Shown here: in pieces, positions 17,746 through 30,502 of the stretch
Layout: every line of letters begins with the position of its first letter
How positions within the stretch are numbered: the stretch's first letter is position 1
Source of the DNA: Vibrio vulnificus CMCP6
GTDB taxonomy: Bacteria > Pseudomonadota > Gammaproteobacteria > Enterobacterales > Vibrionaceae
Direction: 5' to 3'
DNA: 32,000 bases
Assembly: GCF_000039765.1 (NCBI RefSeq)
Contig: NC_004459.3
Coordinates: 1,530,001 to 1,562,000 of the forward strand
Notes under the pieces: model-generated
What the model saw: the letters and a program-made list of their open reading frames with translations, nothing else
Databases searched by the model: none
What the model was told of the DNA's origin: nothing
Made by a program: the position numbers and the translations under genes

Positions 17746-19971
17746 ATGGTTGCGGTAAGAAGCGCACATTTGAATCAAAACGAACAGTTTGAGCTGGAAA
17801 GCTGGGTGGCAAGCCTGAAACAAGACGCGGGCGTCTCCAAGCGCCTTATTGAAGTTTATCGCCACTGTCAGACCATTCTGCAAGGTCATGAACACGCCGA
17901 ACTTCTGTTGTGGCGAGGGCGAGAAATGATTGAAATTCTCGTCACCTTATCCATGGATAAGGCCACCTTGGTTGCCGCGCAACTGTTCCCATTAGTCTCA
18001 AGTGGTGCTTTTGCACGCGAGCCATTAGAAGAGCACTACAGTAAAGAGATCATCAAGCTGATTGATGGTGTGGATGAAATGGCGGCGATTGGTCAGCTAA
18101 ACATTACTCTTGAAGGCAGTGCGGCTTCGGCGCAAGTCGACAATGTGCGTCGCATGCTGCTGGCGATGGTGGATGACTTCCGCTGCGTGGTCATCAAATT
18201 GGCTGAGCGTATCTGCAATCTGATTGAAGTGAAAAAAGCGCCAGATGAAGTGCGCCGCGCCGCAGCCAAAGAGTGTGCCAATATCTATGCACCACTGGCC
18301 AACCGTTTAGGCATTGGTCAGTTAAAGTGGGAAATCGAAGATTACGCTTTTCGCTATCAACAGCCAGATACCTACAAGCAAATTGCTAAGCAGTTATCTG
18401 AGCGTCGTATTGTGCGCGAACAATACATCAAAGACTTTGTTGATGACCTTTCTGAAGAAATGAAAGAGTGTGGCATTAACGCCGAAGTCAGTGGCCGTCC
18501 TAAACATATCTATAGTATTTGGCGCAAAATGCAGAAGAAGAGCTTAGCGTTTGATGAGCTGTTTGACGTGCGTGCGGTGCGGATCATTGCCGATAAACTG
18601 CAAGATTGTTATGCCGCATTAGGCGTGGTGCACACCAAATATAAACATCTGCCAAGTGAGTTCGACGACTATGTCGCCAACCCAAAACCGAATGGTTACC
18701 AGTCGATTCATACCGTGGTGCTCGGCCCAGAAGGCAAAACCATCGAGATTCAAATCCGCACCAAGCAGATGCATGAAGATTCGGAACTCGGGGTAGCCGC
18801 GCACTGGAAATACAAAGAAGGCAGCAGCAGCGGCCGCAGTGGTTACGATGAGAAAATCACCTGGCTACGTAAACTGCTGGATTGGCAAGAAGAGATGTCA
18901 GATTCTGGCGAAATGCTTGACGAGCTGCGCAGCCAAGTATTTGATGACCGCGTGTACGCCTTTACCCCGCGTGGTGATGTCGTCGATTTGCCAATGGGCG
19001 CAACGCCGCTCGATTTTGCCTACCATATTCACTCAGAGGTGGGGCATCGCTGTATCGGCGCCAAGGTGGCAGGGCGCATCGTCCCATTCACCCACAAACT
19101 CAATATGGGCGATCAAGTTGAAATCATCACCCAGAAAGAGCCGAACCCTTCCCGCGATTGGTTAAACCCGTCATTGGGGTTTGTGACTTCAGGTCGTGCT
19201 CGGGCGAAAATCAACGCTTGGTTCCGCAAACAAAGCCGTGAGAAAAACCTCGAAGCTGGCCGTGAGATCCTTGAAAACGAACTGGCGAAAATTGGTGCAA
19301 CGCTAAAAGATGCAGAGCAGTACGCCGTAAAACGTTTTAACGTGAAGTCAGCCGATGAGTTGTACGTGGGTGTTGGCAGTGGTGATTTGCGTATTAACCA
19401 AATCTTGAACCATATTAATGCGTTAGTGAACAAACCAACGGCTGAAGAAGAAGATCGTCAAGCACTCGAAAGACTGCAAGAAGCGGGCAATAAAGCCGCA
19501 GGTAGCCCAACTCGTCCACGCAAAGATGCCGTGGTTGTGCAAGGGGTAGATAACCTGATGTCTCACTTAGCCCGCTGCTGTCAACCAATACCGGGTGATG
19601 AGATCTGTGGTTACATCACGCAAGGTCGAGGCATTTCAGTACACCGAGCCGATTGTGAACAGCTTGAAGAACTGCGCCACCACGCCCCAGAACGTATCAT
19701 AGATACCGTTTGGGGAAGTGATGTTGTCGGCTCGTACATGTTAACCGTGCGCGTCGAGGCGATGGAGCGAAGTGGTTTGCTAAAAGACATCACCACCATG
19801 CTGGCGAATGAGAAAATCAAAGTCATCAGCATGAAGAGTCGACTTGATTACCGCACCCATCTCAATGTGATGGATTTCGAACTCGAAGTGACCAACATTG
19901 AAGTACTGACTCGCATCATGAAGCGTGTTGAGCAGATCAAGGATGTGATGTTGGTAAAACGCCTCGGCTAA
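17746..19971 (+). CDS. relA: GTP pyrophosphokinase / (p)ppGpp synthetase I
   Basis: 741 aa. The N-terminus MVAVRSAHLN is typical of RelA. The synthetase core is present (GRPKHIYSIWRKM, YQSIHTVVLGPEGKTIEIQIRT), with TGS and C-terminal ACT-like regions. Confidence 0.96.
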   Translation: MVAVRSAHLNQNEQFELESWVASLKQDAGVSKRLIEVYRHCQTILQGHEHAELLLWRGREMIEILVTLSMDKATLVAAQLFPLVSSGAFAREPLEEHYSKEIIKLIDGVDEMAAIGQLNITLEGSAASAQVDNVRRMLLAMVDDFRCVVIKLAERICNLIEVKKAPDEVRRAAAKECANIYAPLANRLGIGQLKWEIEDYAFRYQQPDTYKQIAKQLSERRIVREQYIKDFVDDLSEEMKECGINAEVSGRPKHIYSIWRKMQKKSLAFDELFDVRAVRIIADKLQDCYAALGVVHTKYKHLPSEFDDYVANPKPNGYQSIHTVVLGPEGKTIEIQIRTKQMHEDSELGVAAHWKYKEGSSSGRSGYDEKITWLRKLLDWQEEMSDSGEMLDELRSQVFDDRVYAFTPRGDVVDLPMGATPLDFAYHIHSEVGHRCIGAKVAGRIVPFTHKLNMGDQVEIITQKEPNPSRDWLNPSLGFVTSGRARAKINAWFRKQSREKNLEAGREILENELAKIGATLKDAEQYAVKRFNVKSADELYVGVGSGDLRINQILNHINALVNKPTAEEEDRQALERLQEAGNKAAGSPTRPRKDAVVVQGVDNLMSHLARCCQPIPGDEICGYITQGRGISVHRADCEQLEELRHHAPERIIDTVWGSDVVGSYMLTVRVEAMERSGLLKDITTMLANEKIKVISMKSRLDYRTHLNVMDFELEVTNIEVLTRIMKRVEQIKDVMLVKRLG

Positions 19972-20142
19972 TTTTTACGTTGTACTTGCTGTTTTTACTG
20001 CGTTAACTTCGCTTTCTCGCTCAATCACATGGTGAACCATGCTCAGGAGCCTCGAAAGCTTGTTGCCTTGTCAAAACAACAATTACTTAGTGAAAGGCGA
20101 GTATTGATAAAAATCCACGCAGTGTTGTAAGCGAAGTAATTT

Positions 20143-20177
20143 AAGGTGAGTGGTTTTGACTACTCACCTTTTTCTTT
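20143..20177 (+). terminator. Strong intrinsic terminator in the relA-mazG spacer
   Basis: AAGGTGAGT (20143-20151) pairs with ACTCACCTT (20162-20170), followed by TTTTTCTTT. It lies about 170 nt after the relA stop and 26 nt before the mazG ATG. Confidence 0.8.
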
Positions 20178-20203
20178 AGATAGAAAGGGTTAAGGAACAG
20201 AAA

Positions 20204-21013
20204 ATGAGTCATCCAATTGAACAATTAGAACAAATCATGGCGAAGCTGCGTGACCCGCACAGTGGCTGTCCTTGGGATTTAAAGCAGAGCTTCGACACCA
20301 TTGTTCCTCACACTATCGAAGAAACGTACGAAGTGGTGGATGCGATTCATAATCGCGATTGGCTTAATTTGCAGGAAGAGTTGGGCGATCTGTTGTTCCA
20401 GGTGATTTTCTACAGCCAATTAGCAAAAGAGCAGGGGTTGTTTGATTTTTCCGCCGTGGTAGAAACCGTGAACGAAAAACTGACACGCCGTCATCCCCAT
20501 GTGTTCGGCCAAGTCGAATTTGAGACAGAAGCACAAATAAAAGCCAATTGGGAAGCAGAAAAGGCCAAAGAGAAAGCACAAATAGGCAAAAATGAGCAAA
20601 GTATTCTAGACTCAATACCAAACTCTCTACCTGCGTTAATGCGTGCTACAAAGATCCAGAAAAAATGCGCTCATTATGGTTTTGATTGGGATTCACTCGG
20701 GCCTGTGGTCGACAAAGTCAAAGAAGAAATTGAGGAAGTGGTGGAAGAGGCGCTTCAAGTCGATGTCGATGATGAAAAAGTGGAGCTTGAGCTGGGGGAT
20801 CTGCTGTTTGCCACCGTCAACTTAGCGCGTCATTTGCAGGTCAATCCAGAAGCGGCATTGAGCAAGGCTAATCTCAAGTTTTCTAATCGATTCAAACAAG
20901 TAGAGCAAGGTGTACACGCAAAAGGTAAGAAGCTTGAAGAGTGCGATTTAGCAGAGTTGGATGCCATTTGGGATCAAGTGAAGCGCGCGGAACGCAGTCA
21001 AGCTGCCGAGTAG
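20204..21013 (+). CDS. mazG: Nucleoside triphosphate pyrophosphohydrolase MazG
   Basis: 269 aa with two tandem MazG-type domains: [10 protein letters not shown]...ELGDLLFQV, then [10 protein letters not shown]...[15 protein letters not shown]. It sits in the relA-mazG-pyrG-eno order. Confidence 0.93.
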   Translation: MSHPIEQLEQIMAKLRDPHSGCPWDLKQSFDTIVPHTIEETYEVVDAIHNRDWLNLQEELGDLLFQVIFYSQLAKEQGLFDFSAVVETVNEKLTRRHPHVFGQVEFETEAQIKANWEAEKAKEKAQIGKNEQSILDSIPNSLPALMRATKIQKKCAHYGFDWDSLGPVVDKVKEEIEEVVEEALQVDVDDEKVELELGDLLFATVNLARHLQVNPEAALSKANLKFSNRFKQVEQGVHAKGKKLEECDLAELDAIWDQVKRAERSQAAE

Positions 21014-21021
21014 AAATTTGA

Positions 21022-24221
<3,200 letters not shown>

Positions 24222-24257
24222 TTCTTAATTGAATTAATCGCTTAGTTTGAAACTTTC

Positions 24258-24288
24258 AAAACACCTCGCTTTTGCGGGGTGTTTTTTT
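24258..24288 (+). terminator. Intrinsic terminator after eno
   Basis: AAACACCTCGC pairs with GCGGGGTGTTT (one G-U pair, loop TTTT), followed by a run of T up to 24288. Confidence 0.8.
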
Positions 24289-24465
24289 ATCGCCAATATT
24301 TCTGCGAGTCCCCCTATCTTCGATAAATAAAAAAGTGACCGTGCATCAGACTCTGTCATTCTCTTCACTTGCTTCTGTCTAACCCTCTCTAGAGCCAATG
24401 AGCTAATTGTGCTATAAACAGGGCTTCATCAATCTTTCCTTCTAATAAGTCATAAGTAAATTGCC

Positions 24466-24747
24466 ATGCGACTGTTTATTCTCGTTTTAACCTTACTGTT
24501 TGGTTGGCTGCAGTACACCCTGTGGTTTGGTAAAAATGGGGTTTCCGATTACTACACGATTGAAAGTGATATTGAAGCGCAGCAATTGGTGAACACCAAG
24601 TTGCAGGCAAGAAACAGCGAAATGTACGCAGAGATAGATGACTTGAAGCAAGGTCTTGATGCCATTGAAGAGCGTGCTCGTCACGAGCTGGGTATGCTGA
24701 AAGAAGGGGAGACGTTCTATCGCATTGTCGGTGAGGAGAATCAATAA
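24466..24747 (+). CDS. ftsB: Cell division protein FtsB
   Basis: 93 aa with an N-terminal TM helix ([23 protein letters not shown]) and then a coiled coil. It sits immediately upstream of ispD, as in enterics. Confidence 0.88.
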   Translation: MRLFILVLTLLFGWLQYTLWFGKNGVSDYYTIESDIEAQQLVNTKLQARNSEMYAEIDDLKQGLDAIEERARHELGMLKEGETFYRIVGEENQ

Positions 24748-25460
24748 TGGCGCGTAGTATGACGTCATTGGTCGCAGTGGTACCAGCCGCAGGTGTCGGC
24801 AGTCGAATGAAGGCAGACCGACCAAAGCAGTATTTGCAGATTCACGGCAAAACCATTTTAGAACATACCATCGAAAGGTTGCTCTCTCACCCGGCCATTA
24901 CACAAGTCGTCGTTGCCGTGAGTGAAGACGACCCCTATTACTCAGAGCTCGCCATTGCGCAGCATCCCGATATCGTTCGTGTTGCTGGTGGGAAAGAGCG
25001 AGCAGATTCGGTGTTATCGGCGTTACGTTTCCTTTCGCTGCAGCAACAAAAAGCAGACTGGGTTCTCGTGCATGATGCTGCAAGACCTTGTGTTGCTCAT
25101 CAAGATATTGATGCCTTGATTGAACGCTGCTCTTCGCATGAAACGGGTGGGATTTTGGCGACGCCCGTACGTGACACCATGAAGCGCGCCAACGCACAAC
25201 AAATGATCGACCATACAGTGGATCGCAATGCACTTTGGCATGCCTTAACGCCGCAAATGTTCAAAGCCGAAGTACTGACAGACGCGCTAAGCGATGCGTT
25301 GGCGCAAGGTGTGGCGATTACCGACGAAGCCTCTGCGCTAGAGTGGCGAGGAGAGCTGCCAGCTTTAGTTCAAGGATGTTCGAGTAACATCAAAGTCACT
25401 CAACCTGAAGATCTTGCTTTAGCGGAATTTTATTTGAGCCGAGAAAAGGATAGAAAATGA
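24747..25460 (+). CDS. ispD: 2-C-methyl-D-erythritol 4-phosphate cytidylyltransferase
   Basis: 237 aa. The ATG shares one nt with the ftsB TAA. It has the N-terminal [10 protein letters not shown] nucleotide-binding motif, and VHDAARP is present. Confidence 0.93.
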   Translation: MARSMTSLVAVVPAAGVGSRMKADRPKQYLQIHGKTILEHTIERLLSHPAITQVVVAVSEDDPYYSELAIAQHPDIVRVAGGKERADSVLSALRFLSLQQQKADWVLVHDAARPCVAHQDIDALIERCSSHETGGILATPVRDTMKRANAQQMIDHTVDRNALWHALTPQMFKAEVLTDALSDALAQGVAITDEASALEWRGELPALVQGCSSNIKVTQPEDLALAEFYLSREKDRK

Positions 25461-25933
25461 TTAGAATTGGTCACGGTTTCGATGTACACAAATTTGGTGG
25501 CGAAGGCCCGGTTATCATCGGTGGTGTTGCGGTTCCTTATGAACAAGGACTTATTGCTCACTCCGATGGTGATGTTGCTTTACATGCGTTAAGCGATGCT
25601 CTGCTGGGGGCGATTGCCGCGGGTGATATTGGTCGCCATTTCCCAGATACGGATGACAAATGGAAAGGGGTAGACAGTCGAGAATTGTTGAAAGACGTTT
25701 ATCGCCGAGTCAAAGAACAAGGTTACAAACTGGGGAATGCGGATGTGACCATCATTGCGCAAGCGCCCAAAATGGCCCCTTATATCGATGCCATGCGTGA
25801 AGCTATCGCTCACGACTTGGAAACCGATATTCGTAACATTAATGTCAAAGCGACAACAACCGAGCGTTTGGGTTTTACAGGACGCAAAGAAGGTATTGCA
25901 ACGGAAGCCGTTGTGTTACTGATTAAGCAATAA
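25457..25933 (+). CDS. ispF: 2-C-methyl-D-erythritol 2,4-cyclodiphosphate synthase
   Basis: 158 aa. The start overlaps the ispD stop (ATGA). It has the motifs IGHGFDVH and [11 protein letters not shown]. Confidence 0.96.
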   Translation: MIRIGHGFDVHKFGGEGPVIIGGVAVPYEQGLIAHSDGDVALHALSDALLGAIAAGDIGRHFPDTDDKWKGVDSRELLKDVYRRVKEQGYKLGNADVTIIAQAPKMAPYIDAMREAIAHDLETDIRNINVKATTTERLGFTGRKEGIATEAVVLLIKQ

Positions 25934-25968
25934 TATTAGCATTAGCAAAACTGGCAGTGGATAGTTCT

Positions 25969-27012
25969 ATGACAGACACTTTGGCTTCTCTGGCCTATTT
26001 AGCGGGTAAACCAACCGCACAAGCAAAAATCAAAGCAAAACCAGAACATTTTCAGGTAAGAGAAGACTTAGGTTTTGAGTTCACTGGTTCTGGTGAGCAC
26101 TTGATGGTGCGCATTCGAAAAACTGGTGAGAACACCTCCTTTGTTGCCAATGAATTGGCGAAAGCATGTGGCGTGAAATCAAAAGACGTCAGTTGGGCTG
26201 GCTTGAAAGATCGCCACGCGGTGACGGAACAATGGCTTAGTGTCCATTTGCCTAAAGCGGAAACACCGGATTTTTCCGCTTTCCTCGCACAGTACCCATC
26301 GATTGAAATTCTCACGACCGCTCGTCATAACAAGAAATTACGTCCTGGAGACCTTGTTGGGAACGATTTTGTTGTGACGCTATCCGAAGTCTCGGATGTG
26401 GACGATGTGCTCAAACGTCTAGAGACGGTTGCAAAACTCGGTGTTCCAAATTACTTCGGTAATCAGCGTTTTGGTAACAATGGCAATAACCTGCAAGAAG
26501 CAAAACGTTGGGGTAGAGACAATGTTCGTAGCCGCAATCAAAATCAACGTAGCCTCTACTTGTCTGCTGCGCGTTCGTGGATCTTCAACTTAATTGTCTC
26601 GGCGCGACTTGAGCAATCACTGTTTGATAAGGTTTTGCTTGGCGACATCCTGTTTAAGGGGGATGAACAGCTATTGGTGAGTGCAGAAAATCATGCGGAT
26701 CTCCAGTCTCAATATGATGCTGGCGACTTGGTGATCAGTGGTGCCTTGGCTGGCGATAATGCCTTGCCGACTCAAGATGACGCGTTGGCGCTAGAGCAAG
26801 TGTTCTTAGATGCTGAACCCGATCTTATGGCGCTGATTCGCGGCAATCGCATGAGACACGATCGCCGAGCGATCGCATTGAAGCCAGCCAATCTCAGTTG
26901 GCAAGTGGATGGCAATAACATCATCCTGACTTTCTCGCTCGATGCTGGCTCTTTTGCTACGTCTATTATCCGCGAGCTAGTACAAGAAATCGCGTTTGAA
27001 AGAGAATTCTAA
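25969..27012 (+). CDS. truD: tRNA pseudouridine(13) synthase TruD
   Basis: I chose the start at ATG 25969 ([15 protein letters not shown]...); the track start GTG 25957 is possible. The catalytic-Asp region [23 protein letters not shown] and the C-terminal [12 protein letters not shown] match TruD. Confidence 0.9.
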   Translation: MTDTLASLAYLAGKPTAQAKIKAKPEHFQVREDLGFEFTGSGEHLMVRIRKTGENTSFVANELAKACGVKSKDVSWAGLKDRHAVTEQWLSVHLPKAETPDFSAFLAQYPSIEILTTARHNKKLRPGDLVGNDFVVTLSEVSDVDDVLKRLETVAKLGVPNYFGNQRFGNNGNNLQEAKRWGRDNVRSRNQNQRSLYLSAARSWIFNLIVSARLEQSLFDKVLLGDILFKGDEQLLVSAENHADLQSQYDAGDLVISGALAGDNALPTQDDALALEQVFLDAEPDLMALIRGNRMRHDRRAIALKPANLSWQVDGNNIILTFSLDAGSFATSIIRELVQEIAFEREF

Positions 27013-27017
27013 TTATC

Positions 27018-27785
27018 ATGGAAGATAAGCAAGCTAAACCGCTGCGCATTTTGCTGAGTAATGACGATGGCGTTTTCGCAGAAGGTATTCGCACGTTAGC
27101 CAGTGAGCTAAGAACATTGGCAGAAGTGATCATCGTTGCTCCGGATCGCAATCGCTCAGGAGCGTCGAACTCGTTAACACTGGAACAGCCGCTGCGAGTG
27201 ACCTGTGTTGAAGAAAATGTGTATTCAGTGCAAGGCACGCCGACAGATTGTGTCCATTTTGCTTTAAACGAACTACTGAAAAATGATCTCCCAGACTTAG
27301 TGTTAAGTGGCATCAATCATGGCGCCAATCTGGGGGATGACGTGCTTTATTCGGGCACGGTCGCCGCAGCGATGGAAGGGCATTTTCTTGGCGTGCAGTC
27401 GATCGCTTTTTCTTTGGTTGGCAAAACCCACTTTAAAACCGCAGCAACCATTGCCAAGCGGATCGTTGAGCAACATTTAGCGAAACCTATTCCGACCAAT
27501 CGTTTATTGAATATCAATATTCCGGATCTGCCGCTCGAACAGCTAGAAGAGATACGAGTGACTCGTTTAGGCGCGCGCCATCATGCAGAGAATATGATCA
27601 AGCAGCTTGATCCCCGTGGTCATGAAATCTATTGGTTAGGCCCTCCGGGTAAAGAGCAAGATGCGGGGGAGGGAACCGATTTTCATGCGATTGAACAAGG
27701 CTATGTGTCCATTACACCACTGCAAGTTGATTTAACTGCCCATGAATCGCTCCGAGCGATGGATACTTGGCTAAAGGAAAAGTAA
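27018..27785 (+). CDS. surE: 5'/3'-nucleotidase SurE
   Basis: 255 aa with the N-terminal ILLSNDDG motif, then [21 protein letters not shown]. It sits in the truD-surE-pcm-nlpD-rpoS order. Confidence 0.95.
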   Translation: MEDKQAKPLRILLSNDDGVFAEGIRTLASELRTLAEVIIVAPDRNRSGASNSLTLEQPLRVTCVEENVYSVQGTPTDCVHFALNELLKNDLPDLVLSGINHGANLGDDVLYSGTVAAAMEGHFLGVQSIAFSLVGKTHFKTAATIAKRIVEQHLAKPIPTNRLLNINIPDLPLEQLEEIRVTRLGARHHAENMIKQLDPRGHEIYWLGPPGKEQDAGEGTDFHAIEQGYVSITPLQVDLTAHESLRAMDTWLKEK

Positions 27786-27787
27786 TC

Positions 27788-28414
27788 ATGAGCAATCCTC
27801 AAGCAGAAAGATTGGTTCATTTCTTAGCGGTCAATGGCATCCGTGATAGCGAAGTGCTATCTGCCATCGCTCGTGTACCGAGAGAGTGTTTTTTGTCACA
27901 AGCTATGATGCATCAGGCTTATGACAACAACGCATTGCCTATTGGTCAAGGTCAGACGATCTCTCAGCCCTATATTGTGGCCAAAATGACGGAACTTTTG
28001 CGTCTCAAAAGAGACAGTAAAGTATTGGAAATTGGCACTGGATCGGGTTATCAAACCGCAGTATTAGCGCTTCTGGTTGAGCATGTATATTCTGTTGAGC
28101 GAATCAAATCTTTACAGTGGGATGCAAAACGTCGCTTAAAACAGTTGGATATTTACAATGTCTCGACGAAGCATGGCGACGGCTGGCTTGGTTGGGAAAA
28201 TAAAGGACCTTTTGACGCGATCATTGTGACCGCCGCAGCGGAAAGTGTTCCACCAGTGTTACTTCAACAATTGAATGATGGTGGCCGCATGGTACTCCCT
28301 GTTGGTACGGATGAGCAGCAGTTGATCTTGATTGAGCGTCAAAAAGATCAGTTTGTTTCCCAAGTGATTGAAGCGGTGAACTTTGTGCCGCTGATCGCCG
28401 GAGACTTGGCATAA
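27788..28414 (+). CDS. pcm: Protein-L-isoaspartate O-methyltransferase
   Basis: I chose the start at ATG 27788 (MSNPQAERL...), giving 208 aa. The track start TTG 27767 overlaps surE. It has [11 protein letters not shown] and the SAM-binding motif [13 protein letters not shown]. Confidence 0.94.
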   Translation: MSNPQAERLVHFLAVNGIRDSEVLSAIARVPRECFLSQAMMHQAYDNNALPIGQGQTISQPYIVAKMTELLRLKRDSKVLEIGTGSGYQTAVLALLVEHVYSVERIKSLQWDAKRRLKQLDIYNVSTKHGDGWLGWENKGPFDAIIVTAAAESVPPVLLQQLNDGGRMVLPVGTDEQQLILIERQKDQFVSQVIEAVNFVPLIAGDLA

Positions 28415-28415
28415 T

Positions 28416-29354
28416 TTGAGATTAGGTGTGAGTAAGCGTCTTTATTTACGTGGGTCAATGATTCTCAGTACAGCTTTACTGGTAGGCTGTGCTGCGCATA
28501 TTCCTGCGCCGGTAACGGGATTGAGTAAAGACTATAACGCGGTTGATCGTGGTAGCTATCGTGGCAGCTACTACGAAGTTGAAAAGGGCGATACGCTGTA
28601 TTTTATATCCTACGTCACAGATAAAGATGTAAATGAGTTAATCCGTTTCAATAATTTGACAGAGCCTTACACGATTTATCCGGGCCAGAAACTCAAGTTA
28701 TGGGCACCTGCTTATGTCGCACCCAAATATGGCCAAACGGTAGAAGCCCCTGTTACCACTGTGGTTGCTGCGTCAACTGTCGCGGTGGTGGCTCCCAAAC
28801 CAACACCGACAACGCCAAAAAAATCGAATAATAACTCTACTCAGAAACCCGCAAAACCTGCGCCTCAAGTGGTTAAAAAAGATCCAGTTAAGGGTATTGA
28901 TCAATCCAAACCAAAGGAGTATGTTGGTTCAAAAGGTAAAGAAAATGTTAAACCTGTCACTTCACCACCACCGGCAAATAACCAAAAAATAGCCAAGTGG
29001 CAGTGGCCAACAAAAGGGAGAGTAATCAAAAACTTCTCTGCAGGAGAACAAGGAAATAAAGGCATTGATATCGCAGGACAGCGAGGTCAGCCTATCGTTT
29101 CAACGGCAGGAGGTACCGTGGTTTATTCGGGTAACGCGCTAAGAGGTTATGGCAATTTAATCATTGTTAAACATAACGATAATTACCTCAGTGCGTATGC
29201 GCATAACGATCGGTTGTTGGTATCGGAAGGGCAAAGTGTTAAAGCTGGGCAACAAATCGCCACAATGGGCAGTTCTGGAGCCAAAACAGTGATGCTGCAT
29301 TTTGAAATTCGTTACCAAGGTAAATCAGTGAATCCAAAGCGCTATTTACCGTAA
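28416..29354 (+). CDS. nlpD: Murein hydrolase activator lipoprotein NlpD (LysM plus degenerate LytM/M23 domain)
   Basis: The lipobox LLVGC follows a basic n-region (SKRLYLRGS). The true start is either TTG 28416 or GTG 28428; ATG 28458 would leave too short a signal peptide. It has a LysM domain (YEVEKGDTLYFISYV...YPGQKLKL) and a Pro/Lys-rich linker. The M23 domain has degenerate metal ligands (NKGIDIAG instead of HxxxD, MLHFEIR instead of HxH), as in E. coli NlpD. Confidence 0.88.
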   Translation: MRLGVSKRLYLRGSMILSTALLVGCAAHIPAPVTGLSKDYNAVDRGSYRGSYYEVEKGDTLYFISYVTDKDVNELIRFNNLTEPYTIYPGQKLKLWAPAYVAPKYGQTVEAPVTTVVAASTVAVVAPKPTPTTPKKSNNNSTQKPAKPAPQVVKKDPVKGIDQSKPKEYVGSKGKENVKPVTSPPPANNQKIAKWQWPTKGRVIKNFSAGEQGNKGIDIAGQRGQPIVSTAGGTVVYSGNALRGYGNLIIVKHNDNYLSAYAHNDRLLVSEGQSVKAGQQIATMGSSGAKTVMLHFEIRYQGKSVNPKRYLP

Positions 29355-29366
29355 ATCAACTTTGAA

Positions 29367-29390
29367 ACAACTTGCGACACAACTAGCGAC
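29367..29390 (+). repeat. Tandem 12-mer in the nlpD-rpoS spacer (ACAACTTGCGAC / ACAACTAGCGAC)
   Basis: Unit 1 is 29367-29378 and unit 2 is 29379-29390, identical at 11 of 12 positions. They are bracketed by the inverted repeat CAACTTT (29357-29363) / AAAGTTG (29395-29401). Confidence 0.9.
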
Positions 29391-29434
29391 ATTTAAAGTT
29401 GTAATGTCTTGCTAACTCGCCATGGGGAGGCGTT

Positions 29435-30427
29435 ATGAGTATCAGCAACACAGTCACCAAAGTTAAAGATTTCGATGTTAATCAGATGGATGATGATTTT
29501 AACGACGATATCGAGATTAATGAAAAAGAAGATCTTACCGAAGAAAAAGTCAAACTTCGCGAGGAGTTTGATGCCAGCAACAAGAGCTTAGACGCGACGC
29601 AGCTCTATCTAGGAGAAATTGGCTTTTCTCCACTATTAACCGCAGAAGAAGAAGTGCTTTATGCTCGACGTGCATTACGAGGCGATGAAGCCGCGCGTAA
29701 ACGTATGATTGAAAGTAACTTACGTCTAGTGGTTAAGATTTCCCGCCGTTACAGTAATCGCGGTCTGGCACTGCTTGATTTGATTGAAGAGGGTAACCTT
29801 GGTTTGATCCGTGCGGTAGAGAAATTCGATCCAGAGCGTGGTTTCCGCTTCTCGACTTACGCAACATGGTGGATTCGCCAAACCATCGAACGTGCTTTAA
29901 TGAATCAGACTCGAACCATCCGTTTACCTATCCATGTTGTTAAAGAGCTGAACATTTATCTACGTACGGCGCGTGAGCTTTCTCAAAAACTCGATCATGA
30001 GCCAACCGCTGAAGAGATCGCTGCGCAACTGGATATTCCGGTTGACGATGTGAGCAAAATGCTGCGTTTGAACGAGCGCATTAGCTCTGTCGATACGCCG
30101 ATTGGTGGAGATGGAGAGAAGGCGTTATTGGATATTATTCCTGATGCAAACAACTCAGACCCAGAGGTTTCAACGCAAGATGAAGACATGCGTGTTTCCT
30201 TGATTCATTGGTTGGAAGAGCTCAATCCGAAACAAAAAGAAGTGTTGGCACGTCGCTTTGGTTTGTTGGGCTATGAGCCTTCAACACTGGAAGAAGTTGG
30301 GCAAGAGATTGGTTTAACTCGTGAGCGAGTGCGCCAGATTCAGGTTGAAGGGTTACGTCGCCTCCGTGAAGTTCTGATCAAACAAGGTCTGAATATGGAA
30401 AATTTGTTTGATATCGATATGGATTGA
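29435..30427 (+). CDS. rpoS: Stationary-phase / general stress sigma factor RpoS (sigma-38)
   Basis: 330 aa. A GGGGAGG SD lies at 29424-29430. It has sigma-70 family region 2 ([55 protein letters not shown]) and a region 4 HTH ([27 protein letters not shown]). It lies downstream of nlpD. Confidence 0.97.
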   Translation: MSISNTVTKVKDFDVNQMDDDFNDDIEINEKEDLTEEKVKLREEFDASNKSLDATQLYLGEIGFSPLLTAEEEVLYARRALRGDEAARKRMIESNLRLVVKISRRYSNRGLALLDLIEEGNLGLIRAVEKFDPERGFRFSTYATWWIRQTIERALMNQTRTIRLPIHVVKELNIYLRTARELSQKLDHEPTAEEIAAQLDIPVDDVSKMLRLNERISSVDTPIGGDGEKALLDIIPDANNSDPEVSTQDEDMRVSLIHWLEELNPKQKEVLARRFGLLGYEPSTLEEVGQEIGLTRERVRQIQVEGLRRLREVLIKQGLNMENLFDIDMD

Positions 30428-30445
30428 ATCTGCATTCTCCAATAG

Positions 30446-30476
30446 AAAAAAGGCTATGGAATCATAGCCTTTTGTC
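30446..30476. terminator. Bidirectional intrinsic terminator between rpoS and mutS
   Basis: An 11-bp stem pairs AAAAGGCTATG (30448-30458) with CATAGCCTTTT (30463-30473), with loop GAAT. It sits between convergent stop codons at 30427 and 30503. Confidence 0.78.
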
Positions 30477-30502
30477 ATTTTAGTGATGTTCGTTTTAAAA
30501 TG

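Noticed and set aside
19972-20203. Degenerate mazEF toxin-antitoxin remnant between relA and mazG
   Set aside because: No ORF resembles MazE (~80 aa) or MazF (~110 aa). The only ORF is 33 codons without an SD. The region is treated as non-coding and regulatory instead.
24493-25241. Minus-strand ORFs (110, 111 and 72 aa) opposite ftsB/ispD
   Set aside because: They are antisense shadows without motifs.
25957-25968. GTG start for truD in the track
   Set aside because: The ATG at 25969 aligns better with the TruD N-terminus. The GTG remains possible, so confidence in the start is moderate.
26966-27316. 116-aa minus-strand ORF opposite truD/surE
   Set aside because: It is an antisense shadow spanning a gene junction.
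27767-27787. TTG-initiated extension of pcm
   Set aside because: It overlaps the surE 3' end. The ATG at 27788 gives a 208-aa Pcm, matching the usual length.
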